Source: an uncultured Candidatus Saccharibacteria bacterium
Lineage (GTDB): Bacteria; Patescibacteriota; Saccharimonadia; Saccharimonadales; Saccharimonadaceae
DNA length: 64,000 nt
Direction of reading: 5' to 3'
NCBI GenBank assembly: GCA_963518445.1
Contig: CAUQIU010000001.1
Location: 774-64,773, forward strand
This document shows, in pieces, positions 20,185 to 30,267 of this stretch. Each line of letters starts with the position of its first letter. Positions within the stretch are counted from its first letter, which is position 1. The notes beneath the pieces are model-generated. The model saw nothing but the letters and a program-made list of their open reading frames with translations, did not search any database and had not been told where the DNA came from. Both the position numbers and the translations under genes were made by a program.

Positions 20185-21167
20185 TGGCCAAGAAAAAGAC
20201 AAACGCAAACGCAAAAGCGATGCAGCGCAACAAAATGAAACAGCGGCGAACGTTAGCTTTTGTTCGCATGTTGCGTTACGGTGTTAATAACTTTAGCCGT
20301 AATGCTTGGCTGACGGTTGCAGCGACGGCGGTCATGAGCGTGACTTTGCTGATTATCTTTGTGACTGTGGCGGCACAACGCATTTTAGTGAATACGACCG
20401 AAACCATCACCCAAAAGGCGAATATCTCAATTTACCTCAAGGGATCTGTTTCTGAAAAAACTGTTAACGAGTTGACGGACAAGATCAAAAAATTGGATAA
20501 CGTAACAGGGGTGACGTACATTTCTGCGGAGCAAGCGCGCCATGAGCAAGCCCAGCGCTACAAAGACAACGTAGAAGCACTGGAAGCGATTCGTGAAGCA
20601 AGTAATGAGCTGCCAGCGACCTTGCAGGTTTCAGTGAAAGATCTGAATAATTATTCTTCATTGAAGCATTTCGTTGGTTCTGATGAAACCTATCTTGCCA
20701 ACAAAGACCAGCGTCGACAACCGTCATTCACCGGTGATCGCCGTCAGGCCATTGAAACAATTGGTGGCTGGGTGCGTGTGGCAAGTATTGGTGGGTCGAT
20801 TGCGACGGTTGTGTTTGTGCTAATCTCCTCATTGGTGGTGTTTAACACTATTCGTATGGCTATTTTCAACCGTAAGAGCGAGATCCAGATGATGAAGCTC
20901 ATCGGTGCTGAGCGCAGTTTCATCCGCGGACCGTTTGTGGTTGAGGCGATTATGTACGGATTTATCGCTGCGGTGATTGCTACGGCAGGAGGTTATGGGC
21001 TGTTGGCGTTTGCTAAGGAACCGATGCGTAAATGGTTGCCGATTGATACCTTACTCCAAGACCTGATGCCGTATGTTGGACTCGTATTACTGGCCATGAT
21101 TATCATTGGCGGGTTAATTGGTACGATCTCGTCGTGGATTGCGACCCATAAATACCTCAAGATTTAA
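20184..21167 (+). CDS. ftsX: Cell-division permease FtsX
   Basis: One TM helix, an extracellular domain and a 3-TM FtsX domain (…EIQMMKLIGAERSFIRGPF…). Its start overlaps the ftsE stop codon. Confidence 0.8.
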   Translation: MAKKKTNANAKAMQRNKMKQRRTLAFVRMLRYGVNNFSRNAWLTVAATAVMSVTLLIIFVTVAAQRILVNTTETITQKANISIYLKGSVSEKTVNELTDKIKKLDNVTGVTYISAEQARHEQAQRYKDNVEALEAIREASNELPATLQVSVKDLNNYSSLKHFVGSDETYLANKDQRRQPSFTGDRRQAIETIGGWVRVASIGGSIATVVFVLISSLVVFNTIRMAIFNRKSEIQMMKLIGAERSFIRGPFVVEAIMYGFIAAVIATAGGYGLLAFAKEPMRKWLPIDTLLQDLMPYVGLVLLAMIIIGGLIGTISSWIATHKYLKI

Positions 21168-21222
21168 GGAATATAAAACTTGGTTGACACGTGGATAGTG
21201 CTTATGCTATTATGGTTATAGT

Positions 21223-22356
21223 ATGAAGCAACGGTCCACCACACCAGTTTCGCACAAACAAGCCACCAAAGTAGCCTTGGTGGTGATGGCTGCCGTCGTT
21301 GCCGGAGCAGGGATTTTTCAGACCGCTGGCACGGTTTTTGCGCGAGATTATGAGGCAGAAATTAAGGCTAAACAACAAGAGGCTAATAACTACAATTCAC
21401 AGGCAGCTCGCCTAGGCGAGATGGCGGCAACTCTGGGAGAGGAGCTGAACCGTTTGACTGCGCAGGTGAACGCGTTGCAATCTCAAATTATTGAAAGCCA
21501 AAATAAGATTGATTCCCTGAAGGAAGAGATCAAGAATAACGAAGCGGCGATCAACAGAAACCGTAAGACAATGGGTCAGATTTTGTCTGATATGTATGTT
21601 GATGATCAGATTTCTCCGCTGGAGATGCTGGCTAGTTCAGAAAACATCGGTGACTTTATCGACAAGCAGGAACAGCGCAGTAGCTTGCAGGGCTCACTGA
21701 ATGACAAAATCAAGGAAATTAAGCGTCTGCAAAAGAAATTGCAGGACAATAAGGCTGCAGTTGAGCGTACGCTGAAGGATCAAGAAACTCAGAAAGCCCA
21801 AATGGCCGCCAAGCAAGCTGAACAGGCGAAATTGGTGAATGATACAAAGAATGACCAAGCGGCATATTCATCTTTGGCGTCACAACGTAATGGTGAAATT
21901 GCGAAACTGCGTGAGCAACAGGCCGCAGAAAACTTGCGTAGTTTGCCACGAGGTAGTGTGCCATCTGGTACTCCTGGTGGTGGTGGCTACCCAGGTGTTT
22001 GGGCAAATGCGCCACTGGATGCTTATGTCGATCCATGGGGACTATACACTCGTCAGTGTGTGAGTTATGTTGCCTGGAAGGTTCACAGTACTGGTCGCTA
22101 CGTACCGCATTTTGGCGGGGCTGGTAACGCCAACCAATGGCCATCAACAACATCTCGCCATGGTATTCCAAACGGCAGCACTCCACGAGCAGGGGCGGCA
22201 GCGGTGATGATGGGTGGTTCATATGGTCACGTGATGTATGTTGAGTCGGTAAACGGCGACGGCACTATTACGGTTAGTGACTACAACTTGGGCTGGGACG
22301 GTCTGTACCGCAATTATAAGCGTTCATCGTCTGGACTTGTTTACATCTACTTTTAA
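21223..22356 (+). CDS. Secreted coiled-coil + CHAP-domain peptidoglycan hydrolase (PcsB-like architecture)
   Basis: Signal/TM segment, about 200 aa of heptad-rich sequence, then a C-terminal CHAP domain with catalytic Cys (TRQCVSYVAWKV) and His (YGHVMYVESV). Confidence 0.7.
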   Translation: MKQRSTTPVSHKQATKVALVVMAAVVAGAGIFQTAGTVFARDYEAEIKAKQQEANNYNSQAARLGEMAATLGEELNRLTAQVNALQSQIIESQNKIDSLKEEIKNNEAAINRNRKTMGQILSDMYVDDQISPLEMLASSENIGDFIDKQEQRSSLQGSLNDKIKEIKRLQKKLQDNKAAVERTLKDQETQKAQMAAKQAEQAKLVNDTKNDQAAYSSLASQRNGEIAKLREQQAAENLRSLPRGSVPSGTPGGGGYPGVWANAPLDAYVDPWGLYTRQCVSYVAWKVHSTGRYVPHFGGAGNANQWPSTTSRHGIPNGSTPRAGAAAVMMGGSYGHVMYVESVNGDGTITVSDYNLGWDGLYRNYKRSSSGLVYIYF

Positions 22357-22388
22357 GAATTTGATACCGCTCATGCTATAATGGTCTT

Positions 22389-23567
22389 ATGAGCAAGGAG
22401 AAAACACGAAACGCTCAGCTGTTTGCGTGGGCGGTAGTTATAGCAGTGGTTAGTTTTATCGCGGGTGCGCGGTCGGATCAGATATTTGCGGCGATTGCAC
22501 CAAAGCTTGGTGTGCGATATAGCGCCGAGCGGCTTGATACGGAGCGGATTCAGGAGACATATCGACAGCTAAAAGCGCAGTATGATGGAAATCTGGATAC
22601 TAATAAATTGATCAATGGCGCGAGTCGCGGTCTGGTGGCGGCTACTGGTGATCCGTACACGACGTTTATGGACGCTGAGGAAGCCAAAGAATTTGAGAAG
22701 AGTCTGAATGGTAATATTGGTGGTGGCATCGGCGCGGAGATTGGTTTGAGAAATAATCGGCCAACAGTCGTCAGGGTATTGCGAAATAGTCCAGCAGAGG
22801 AAGCTCAAGTCAAGGCTGGTGATATCATTACAGCGGTGAATGGCAACTCGGTGGTAGATGCTACGACTGAGCAGGTGGTGGAAAAGATACGCGGGGAAAT
22901 AAACACCACGGTGAAGCTGCAAGTACTTCGTAATTATCAGCGACTAGAAATGTCGATGACGCGTAAGCAAATCACTGCACCAGCCGTGGAACATGATATT
23001 GTTGACGGTGTTGGCATCTTGAAAGTGTACCGATTTGGTGAAGAAACGGGTACGTTGGCGCGTGCAGCGGCTGAGGCTTTCAAGCAAAATAATGTCCAGA
23101 GGGTTATTTTGGATCTTCGCAGCAATCCTGGTGGAACGGTAACGGCGGCTCAGGCGCTGGCTGGGCTGTGGCTGGATAACCAAGACATCATGACGGAGCG
23201 GCGTGGCGACAAGGTTGTCAAAACAGTCAAATCAACAGGCAAGCCACTACTGCAAGACATTAAAACAGTGGTGCTGATCGATAGGTCGAGTGCCAGTGCC
23301 AGTGAAATAGTAGCGGGTGCACTGCAAGAGTATGGCAAGGCGAAACTGCTGGGAGAGAAGAGCTACGGTAAGGGTAGTGTACAGCAATTGATCAAATTGC
23401 GTGATGGTGCACAGCTCAAAGTTACGGAAGCGCGTTGGTATACGCCAAAGGGTCACACTATTGACAAGACAGGTATTGAGCCAGACGAGAAGGTGGGTTT
23501 GACCACTAATGATATGAATTTTGGCAAAGATCCACAGATGGACGCCGCCAAAAAGCTGTCCTGGTAA
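22389..23567 (+). CDS. ctp: S41 carboxy-terminal processing protease with PDZ domain
   Basis: GGGIGAEIG, PDZ segment (SPAEEAQVKAGDIITAVNG), DLRSNPGGTV, SASASEIVAGALQ…KSYGKGSVQ. Confidence 0.85.
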   Translation: MSKEKTRNAQLFAWAVVIAVVSFIAGARSDQIFAAIAPKLGVRYSAERLDTERIQETYRQLKAQYDGNLDTNKLINGASRGLVAATGDPYTTFMDAEEAKEFEKSLNGNIGGGIGAEIGLRNNRPTVVRVLRNSPAEEAQVKAGDIITAVNGNSVVDATTEQVVEKIRGEINTTVKLQVLRNYQRLEMSMTRKQITAPAVEHDIVDGVGILKVYRFGEETGTLARAAAEAFKQNNVQRVILDLRSNPGGTVTAAQALAGLWLDNQDIMTERRGDKVVKTVKSTGKPLLQDIKTVVLIDRSSASASEIVAGALQEYGKAKLLGEKSYGKGSVQQLIKLRDGAQLKVTEARWYTPKGHTIDKTGIEPDEKVGLTTNDMNFGKDPQMDAAKKLSW

Positions 23568-23609
23568 ACGCTTGTGTTTTTTTGATGCGGGCGTTAGAAT
23601 AAAGATAGT

Positions 23610-23993
23610 ATGAACGCAAAGAGGAAAATATTATTAGTAGAGGACGACATGGCACTGGCAGCCGTGTATCGCGCCAGGCTGGAACTAGAAGGCTTTGATA
23701 TCAAGGAAGTGCACAATGGCGAGGATGCACTGTCCGCAACCGTTGAATATAAGCCAGATTTGATTTTGCTGGACGCCATGATGCCAAAAATCAGTGGTTT
23801 TGACGTGTTGGATATTTTGCGCAATACGCCAGAAACGGCTAATGTACGCATTATCATGTTGACAGCGCTGAGTCAGCCAAAAGATAAAGAACGGGCTGAA
23901 GGTTTGGGAGTTGACGAATACTTGGTGAAGTCTCAAGTTGTCATCGGTGATGTGGTTGCGCGGGTGAAGCACCACTTGGGGATGACAGAATAA
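23610..23993 (+). CDS. Stand-alone response-regulator receiver domain protein
   Basis: ILLVEDD…DLILLDAMMPKISG…MLTAL…K pattern (phospho-acceptor Asp, T/A, K). No output domain. Confidence 0.8.
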   Translation: MNAKRKILLVEDDMALAAVYRARLELEGFDIKEVHNGEDALSATVEYKPDLILLDAMMPKISGFDVLDILRNTPETANVRIIMLTALSQPKDKERAEGLGVDEYLVKSQVVIGDVVARVKHHLGMTE

Positions 23994-24008
23994 ACCTAGT
24001 TAGTATAT

Positions 24009-24038
24009 AAAATAGTCGCCATGGAAGCGACTATTTTT
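24009..24038. terminator. Bidirectional rho-independent terminator between the receiver gene and rpmA
   Basis: AATAGTCGC-CATGGAA-GCGACTATT gives a 9-bp stem, flanked by A-runs upstream and a T-run downstream. Confidence 0.7.
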
Positions 24039-24074
24039 ATGATGGTAGCCTGTAGTAGGCTGAGATTTTTAGGC

Positions 24075-24347
24075 TTAATCTACGCGAACTTGTGTGCGGC
24101 GTTCGGCCTTACCGGTAAATTTCTGCTTTTTGACTTTCTTAAAGCTAACCACGCCGTCTTTAGCTGCGTGAATAGTGTAGTTACGGCTCATGTACGTGCC
24201 GTCACCAGCGATCTTGGTAGCACCAGTTTGACGCACCAATACTGCACCAGCATTGACTTTTTGGCCGCCAAAGCGTTTCACGCCCAAACGCTGACCAGCA
24301 TTGTTGTGGATGTTCTTGCTTGAGCTACCAGCTTTAACCTTTGACAT
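24075..24347 (-). CDS. rpmA: 50S ribosomal protein L27
   Basis: MSKVKAGSSSKNIHNNAGQRLGVKRFGGQKV…VRQTGATK… is the canonical L27 pattern. Upstream are TTGACA/TATACT and an AAGGAG Shine-Dalgarno. Confidence 0.9.
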   Translation of the reverse strand: MSKVKAGSSSKNIHNNAGQRLGVKRFGGQKVNAGAVLVRQTGATKIAGDGTYMSRNYTIHAAKDGVVSFKKVKKQKFTGKAERRTQVRVD

Positions 24348-24419
24348 TTGCTAAACTCCTTATAGTTTCTGTAAACAATCCTTACTAGTATAGACCACTA
24401 CTAGTGTAATGTCAAGAAG

Positions 24420-25586
24420 CTAGGCGGTTTTTAGTAGCAATATTTCACGCACCACGACTTGGTCGGATCGGGAGTAGATGAGAGGCGGTTGCTGTAGGAT
24501 ATAGCCGAGTGTTTCTAGGTCTTTGATGAGTGGCAGATGGGTCAGGTTGCGACTAGCATCACGCCAAGCGGGTACGGCGACGCACAGTGTGGTATCGGGT
24601 GTCAGTTGACTGTAAATATTGCGTAAAAAGTTAGCGATGATGTGATTGCAATTGCCGGTTACTTCGTGGAGCTTTTTGGGACTTGGTGGCGCAGAGAAGG
24701 GTTGTCCAAGGTAGGTTTCACAGACCACGGCATCAAGCTGTTGGGCTTTTGGCCACTGATGAGTCATGGCATCGGCTTGTTCGAGGCTACGTACCGTGCC
24801 GGTGATATGGTACTTGCTTTGTAACCAGGCTAGATTTTCTGTTGTATAATCAATCATTTTTTGACTGAGGTCGCTACCACAGACGTCATACCCTTTGAGC
24901 AAGGCTTCTTGCAGTACGGTACCCGTACCGCAGAATGGGTCGAGAATGGTTGTTTTTGCGGCGTTGCCGACTGCTAAGTTCACCATGATTTGTGCCAATT
25001 TGGGTGGCAACATACCAACGAATGCGTCACGGCGTGGCCGGTTACGGTCACGGCGGGCGTAAGCAGTAATGTTTTGTGCGCCATTGCTTTCAGCGATGAG
25101 GATGGCACCGTCATCGGTCTTGATGATGAATAATTCACGTTTTTTGGGGCTAAGCCCAAGCTTATTGTTGTGTGAGGTGGCGGTCGATAGTTCTGTAGTG
25201 GTGTTTGGAATGAGCCGCAGACTGACGCCATGTTTTTTCATGGAAGTTTTGAGTAACAGGCCAATTTTCTGCAGCTGGCGAGGCGAGGTTGATAGTCCAT
25301 AGGCACTGATGCCAAGGGTGATTTTTCCGCCGACTGCCAGCAGTTGGTTGACATAAGTATGCGTAATCCAATGAGAAGCTTGCTCCAGGGTCGGGCGGTT
25401 GTCGGCTGGGAGAGTGTGGATGACTTTGCCGCATTTGAGTGATCCGCCAAGGGAATCGATTGACAGCCCATCAGTGTCAACAACAGCAGCGCTGTGGCTG
25501 ACGGCACGAACATGTGACTTCCCGAACATGGCTTCTAATTCTGCGATTGACAACTTCGGCAAGCGCCCTAATATTGCTACGAACAT
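24420..25586 (-). CDS. SAM-dependent RNA (guanine-N2-type) methyltransferase, UPF0020/Trm11-RlmL-like
   Basis: N-terminal ferredoxin/THUMP-like region, then SAM motif I ILDPFCGTGTVLQEALLKGYDVCGSD. The downstream motif IV region is CETYLGQPF. Confidence 0.55.
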   Translation of the reverse strand: MFVAILGRLPKLSIAELEAMFGKSHVRAVSHSAAVVDTDGLSIDSLGGSLKCGKVIHTLPADNRPTLEQASHWITHTYVNQLLAVGGKITLGISAYGLSTSPRQLQKIGLLLKTSMKKHGVSLRLIPNTTTELSTATSHNNKLGLSPKKRELFIIKTDDGAILIAESNGAQNITAYARRDRNRPRRDAFVGMLPPKLAQIMVNLAVGNAAKTTILDPFCGTGTVLQEALLKGYDVCGSDLSQKMIDYTTENLAWLQSKYHITGTVRSLEQADAMTHQWPKAQQLDAVVCETYLGQPFSAPPSPKKLHEVTGNCNHIIANFLRNIYSQLTPDTTLCVAVPAWRDASRNLTHLPLIKDLETLGYILQQPPLIYSRSDQVVVREILLLKTA

Positions 25587-25624
25587 ATCTATAGTATATC
25601 AGGCTCGTGGTATAATGGAGAGGT

Positions 25625-26701
25625 ATGTTTTCTGGGAAAATTTCGAAGGTGTTGAAAACGCTGAAATCGCCGCGCATAATCATAAGCTTCATTACCTTGT
25701 TGGTTTTAGCGGCAATTATCTACTTGTCGCGCCATGAACTGCTGCGAGCGTGGGAACTGTTGGGAACGGCCAATGTTGGGTTATTGGCCTTGCTGCTGCC
25801 GGCGCAGATCATCGTGTATTATGCTGGTGGCGAAATGATTTTTTCTTATCTGCGTGATAGGAAGCTTATCAAACATGTGTCGCGACTAGAGCAGGTGCGA
25901 ATTGCACTGGAGTTGAACTTGGTAAATCATATCTTTCCGTCAGGTGGGGTGAGTGGTATTTCCTACACGACATGGAGGATGAGTAAGCTCGGTGTGAGCT
26001 CGGCCCGCTCGACGTTTGCACAGCTGCTGAGATATGTGACAGGGTTTTTGTCAATGCTAGCCATGATGATTGTGGCGGTGGTGTTTTTGGCAGTAGACGG
26101 TCGCATCAACCGGTATATTGTGGCATCAAGTTTCCTGGTCGTGGTGGTTGTCCTGAGCCTAACATTTGCCATCATCTACATGTTTTCTTCTCGTCATAGG
26201 ATGCACAAGGCGGCGCGCCGAATTGCACGAGGGCTTAACGCCATCACCAAATGTGTGACGTTTGGTATGCAGCGCCAGTTGGTTCAGGCGGAGCAGATGG
26301 ATACCTTTTTCTCTGATATGCACGACGATTTCTCGGAATTGATGCAAGATAAACGCTTGATCGTCAAGCCGTTTTTGTGGGGAATTGTGTATGCGTCGTT
26401 TGATATTTTGATGTTTATGCTGGCTTTTTGGTCATTGGGTGCTTCGGTCAATCCAGCAGTGTTGCTGATTGGCTATATCGCGGCGGGCTTTGCTGGGATC
26501 ATCATCTTTACGCCGGGCGGTGCAGGTGTGTATGAGACGATCATGATTTTGTTTTTGAGTATGACTGGTACGCCGCCAGATATCGCTATCGCGGGCATCA
26601 TACTGACGCGTGTCATTTTGCTCATGGGAACAATCGTCCTTGGCTATATTTTCTACCAGCACGCGCTAATCAAATATGGTAAGCCTCGCCGTGACTCCTA
26701 A
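25625..26701 (+). CDS. Polytopic membrane protein, UPF0104/LPG-synthase-TM (flippase-like) type
   Basis: About 8 predicted TM helices with the topology and length typical of the family. No catalytic motif was checked. Confidence 0.4.
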   Translation: MFSGKISKVLKTLKSPRIIISFITLLVLAAIIYLSRHELLRAWELLGTANVGLLALLLPAQIIVYYAGGEMIFSYLRDRKLIKHVSRLEQVRIALELNLVNHIFPSGGVSGISYTTWRMSKLGVSSARSTFAQLLRYVTGFLSMLAMMIVAVVFLAVDGRINRYIVASSFLVVVVVLSLTFAIIYMFSSRHRMHKAARRIARGLNAITKCVTFGMQRQLVQAEQMDTFFSDMHDDFSELMQDKRLIVKPFLWGIVYASFDILMFMLAFWSLGASVNPAVLLIGYIAAGFAGIIIFTPGGAGVYETIMILFLSMTGTPPDIAIAGIILTRVILLMGTIVLGYIFYQHALIKYGKPRRDS

Positions 26702-27788
26702 ATTTAGCGTCAGTGAATTTTTGGCGGTCGTCAACCAATCGCTGGAGATGGCCTTTGGCTCAGTACAAATTGAAGGTGAGGTCAGCTCGTTTAAGGTCAA
26801 TCACCAAAAATACGTTTTCTTTGATCTGAAAGATGATGAGGGTACGGTCAATTGTTTTATGACGGTTTGGCAACTGAGAATGCCAATTCATGATGGTATG
26901 CGAGTGGTGGTACGGGCAGTGCCGAAGGTGACTGACTGGGGCAGATTTAGTTTGACAGTGCAATCAGTCCAACTAGTGGGTGAAGGAAATCTACGCAAAA
27001 GCTTTGAACTGCTGCGCAAAAAACTGTCAGACGAAGGATTGTTTGACGATGCTCGCAAACGATCGTTACCGTTCCGGCCGCAGCATGTGGCGGTTATCTC
27101 CAGTACTAACTCAGCAGGGTATGCTGACTTTATGAAAATCGCCAATGAACGCTGGGGCGGGGTTCGGTTTAGTGTGGTAAATGTGATGGTGCAGGGCGAA
27201 ACGGCGGCAGATCAGATCATCAGGGCGGTTGAGAAGATTGAAAGCTTGGCGGAGCTGCCAGAGGTAATAGTGCTGATTCGTGGCGGTGGTAGCACTGATG
27301 ATTTGAGTGTGTTCAATGACGAATTGCTAGTGCGAAAACTGGCGTCCAGCCGAGTGCCAGTTCTGACGGGAATTGGTCATGAAATTGACACGACATTGTG
27401 TGATCTTGCAGCTGATGTACGAGCGTCAACGCCAAGCAATGCGGCGCAGTTGCTACTGCCGGATAAGCAAGAGATGATCCGGTCGATCAAGCACCAGCTT
27501 CGTGGCGTGGCACTACAAACAGTACGAGCGATTGACACGGAACTGGAACTGGTGCAAACGGTGCGCAGTACCGCCTTGGACGGCTGGCGTCAGCGGGTTG
27601 ACGAGTTGCTGGGGGATGTGCAGTCGCGTATCAAATTGATCAGCGAATACGACCCAGAATTAGCGCTATCAAGAGGCTATGCCATGATCAGGGGTAATTG
27701 TGCGGTCGGGGAAGTGATTGAAATACAAACTAACAAAGCTTTGATGAAAGCGAGGATTGAAGAATATGCAAAACGAACCAACGATTAA
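26676..27788 (+). CDS. xseA: Exodeoxyribonuclease VII large subunit
   Basis: N-terminal OB fold (SVSEFLAVVNQSLEMAFGSVQIEGEVSSFK), then VISSTNSAGYADF, LIRGGGSTDDL and GIGHEIDTTLCDLAADVRASTPS. Confidence 0.85.
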   Translation: MVSLAVTPKFSVSEFLAVVNQSLEMAFGSVQIEGEVSSFKVNHQKYVFFDLKDDEGTVNCFMTVWQLRMPIHDGMRVVVRAVPKVTDWGRFSLTVQSVQLVGEGNLRKSFELLRKKLSDEGLFDDARKRSLPFRPQHVAVISSTNSAGYADFMKIANERWGGVRFSVVNVMVQGETAADQIIRAVEKIESLAELPEVIVLIRGGGSTDDLSVFNDELLVRKLASSRVPVLTGIGHEIDTTLCDLAADVRASTPSNAAQLLLPDKQEMIRSIKHQLRGVALQTVRAIDTELELVQTVRSTALDGWRQRVDELLGDVQSRIKLISEYDPELALSRGYAMIRGNCAVGEVIEIQTNKALMKARIEEYAKRTND

Positions 27789-27951
27789 CGAACTATTGGA
27801 GCAGCTGGACAAAGAAATGGCGTGGTTTCACAGTGATGAGTTTCGGCTAGAAGAGGCGCGTGAGCGATTTCTGGCTGTCAAAAAACTGGCAGAGCAGGCA
27901 GAAGAGCGGCTGCTGAATATGAAAAATGAAATTGAAATGTTGGGTGAGTAG
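27757..27951 (+). CDS. xseB: Exodeoxyribonuclease VII small subunit
   Basis: Helical ORF of about 60 aa overlapping the xseA 3' end (…LEQLDKEM…LEEARERFLAVKKLAEQAEERL). Call rests on position and size. Confidence 0.6.
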   Translation: MKNMQNEPTINELLEQLDKEMAWFHSDEFRLEEARERFLAVKKLAEQAEERLLNMKNEIEMLGE

Positions 27952-27957
27952 TCCATC

Positions 27958-28494
27958 ATGGAAGTAGTGATTGTTTGTGCGCTGATAGTATTTTTGATAT
28001 TTGGACTGACGGCGTTCATCGGTGCACCGTATGTGCCGACGCGCCATACTGATATCCAGAAACTGTTGAGGGATGAATTGAGGCTGACCAACGATGACGT
28101 CGTGCTAGATGTGGGGTCAGGTGATGGCGCTGTACTGCAAGAGGTGGCGAGGACTGGTGCTCAAGCTATCGGCTATGAGATTAACCCATTTTTAGTGCTG
28201 GCGTCTCGTTGGTGGCTAAGAAAACATGCCAAGAACGTGCGCATCAAATGGACGAATGCGTGGACGACGCAGCCTGCCAAACACATCACGGTGATATACG
28301 CGTTTGGTGCAGGGCTGCATTTGAAGAAAATTTATCAATTGGCTCGGCAACAGGCGACCCACCAGGGCAGATCGTTACGATTGGTCAGTTATGGCTATCG
28401 GCTAGATACCACGAAGAACGACCGACTACTGAAAGAAGCTGGTCCGTATTTTCTGTATGAAATACGCCCTGACTTTACAGGAGACAAAGCATAA
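27958..28494 (+). CDS. Class I SAM-dependent methyltransferase with an N-terminal TM helix
   Basis: Motif I VLDVGSGDGAVLQEVA, motif II IGYEINP. Confidence 0.6.
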   Translation: MEVVIVCALIVFLIFGLTAFIGAPYVPTRHTDIQKLLRDELRLTNDDVVLDVGSGDGAVLQEVARTGAQAIGYEINPFLVLASRWWLRKHAKNVRIKWTNAWTTQPAKHITVIYAFGAGLHLKKIYQLARQQATHQGRSLRLVSYGYRLDTTKNDRLLKEAGPYFLYEIRPDFTGDKA

Positions 28495-28509
28495 GCTATA
28501 ATGCAAGAT

Positions 28510-29166
28510 ATGAAAAGAAGACAATTTGAACAGGGGTCAATCAACGGCTGGATGGTCGGTACGATTGGTTTTTTGGTGTTAACGTTAATCGCTGGAGCTG
28601 TGGCGGCTTGGATGTTCGTGGAGTACACACGAGAGAAGACTGGTGTTGACGCAAAGGTTGCCAGTGCGGTTGCCAAAGGCAAAAATGAGCAGGCAGAGCT
28701 TGACCAGAAACGATTTTCTGAAGAAGCTAAGAATCCACGTGTTGAGTTTGTTGGGCCAAATGAATTTGGTCGAGTTTCATTTATGTATCCAAAGACCTGG
28801 AGTGCATATGTCGATCAAGACGGTACTGACCGCGGTGACTACAAAGCGTACCTACATCCGGGCACTGTGCCGCCAGCACGCTCAAACACCAGCCGCTTTG
28901 CTGTTCGCTTGGAAGTGCTAAACAGCGACTTTGATAAGGTGCTGAGCCAATACGCTAACCAGTTGAAGAAGGGTGAATTGACCTCAAGCAGCGTTGAATT
29001 TAATGGTAACGCAGCTACTCGCTTGGACGGTGCTTTCTCTAAAGAATTGCGCGGTTCAGTGGTCCTGATGCGAGTACGAGACAAAACGATTCGTTTCTCT
29101 ACTGACGCTGACGTCTTCAAGCCAGATTTTCAGGCAGTTCTTGACACGGTTAAGTTTGTTCAGTAA
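28510..29166 (+). CDS. Membrane-anchored hypothetical protein
   Basis: Single N-terminal TM helix (GWMVGTIGFLVLTLIAGAVAAWMF) and a soluble domain. The ATG at 28510 lies 7 nt after TATAAT (28497-28502). Confidence 0.5.
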   Translation: MKRRQFEQGSINGWMVGTIGFLVLTLIAGAVAAWMFVEYTREKTGVDAKVASAVAKGKNEQAELDQKRFSEEAKNPRVEFVGPNEFGRVSFMYPKTWSAYVDQDGTDRGDYKAYLHPGTVPPARSNTSRFAVRLEVLNSDFDKVLSQYANQLKKGELTSSSVEFNGNAATRLDGAFSKELRGSVVLMRVRDKTIRFSTDADVFKPDFQAVLDTVKFVQ

Positions 29167-29194
29167 CACGCCAATTGCTATACTGTAAGCAGGT

Positions 29195-29911
29195 ATGGCG
29201 GAGGTAAGATGGAATAATGCTGAATTTGGGCAGCTGCCAAGTGTAGCGGTGGCTGCGCATGAATTGAAATCTCCGCTGGCGCTCATCAGACAACTCAGTC
29301 TGCTCCTGGAAGAGGGGCTGCTAGATGCAGCTGAAACGCATCGGATTGTCCGGCAATTGTCGAATATCAGCGATCAGTCGTTGGCGTTGGTACAAGATCT
29401 GGCGCAAACGGCTCACTTGTCGCCGACGTTGTTTCCTCTGGAGCCTATCAATCCATTAGCCTTGTGTCAGCAAATGGCCATGGAATTACACCCGATGTTG
29501 CGTTTGTACGGTCAATCAATCGACTGGCCAAAAAAACAGTCAGCAAAGCATTTGGTGGTGGCAAACAGGGCGTTATTGTCGCGGATTTTAGCTAACTTTT
29601 TGAATAATTCGCTCAAATACAGCGAAAAAGATATGCCCATACGGGTGACAATTCGCCAAATTGGCTCGACGTTGAGGATTTTGATTCGTGACCACGGCCC
29701 GATGATGAGCCGTGCGGATTATGCGCGACTTATTGACGAGATGGAGCAACGAAAATCAGTTCGAACACGCCCTGACAGCAGCGGTTTGGGCGTATATGTG
29801 GCGTCGCAATTTGCAAAAGCCATGGGCGGAACCATTGGCCTGATCAGGCATCGTGACGGACTGACATTTTATGTAGAATTACCCATAAGTCAACAGATGA
29901 GTTTGCTATGA
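29195..29911 (+). CDS. Soluble sensor histidine kinase (HisKA + HATPase_c only)
   Basis: H-box AAHELKSPLA, N-box NFLNNSLKYS, G1 IRDHGPMM, G2 SGLGVYVASQFAKAMGG. No TM or sensor domain. Confidence 0.8.
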   Translation: MAEVRWNNAEFGQLPSVAVAAHELKSPLALIRQLSLLLEEGLLDAAETHRIVRQLSNISDQSLALVQDLAQTAHLSPTLFPLEPINPLALCQQMAMELHPMLRLYGQSIDWPKKQSAKHLVVANRALLSRILANFLNNSLKYSEKDMPIRVTIRQIGSTLRILIRDHGPMMSRADYARLIDEMEQRKSVRTRPDSSGLGVYVASQFAKAMGGTIGLIRHRDGLTFYVELPISQQMSLL

Positions 29912-30267
29912 AAAAAGTGCTGATTGTTGAGGACGATCCAGTGTGGGCGAAGCTGATTCGGCACTATGTTTCAGAAGCTGGCGCTGATTCGCGGGTTGTT
30001 ATTGCTCCGGGGCAGGCGCTGGAAATGATCGATGATTGGCACCCAGATGCGTTGGTGTTGGATATGCTCTTGGCGAGTGAAACGGGCATGGCGCTGCTGA
30101 ACGAATTGAAAAGCCATGAGGACTTGGCTAATTTGCCGATCATCGTGTGTAGCAATGTTGGTATCACTCATGACGACATGGAGCCGTTTGGCGTGCGGGC
30201 GGTGCTTGACAAATCAACCATGACGCCAGCGCAGGTGCGACAGGCGTTGACGGAGGTGCTGCTGTGA
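29908..30267 (+). CDS. Stand-alone response-regulator receiver domain protein
   Basis: VLIVEDD…ALVLDMLL…VCSN…K. 4-nt overlap with the kinase gene. Confidence 0.8.
   Translation: MKKVLIVEDDPVWAKLIRHYVSEAGADSRVVIAPGQALEMIDDWHPDALVLDMLLASETGMALLNELKSHEDLANLPIIVCSNVGITHDDMEPFGVRAVLDKSTMTPAQVRQALTEVLL

Noticed and set aside
24021-24323. 100-aa + strand ORF overlapping rpmA.
   Set aside because: It is antisense to the unmistakable L27 coding sequence and begins inside the bidirectional terminator.
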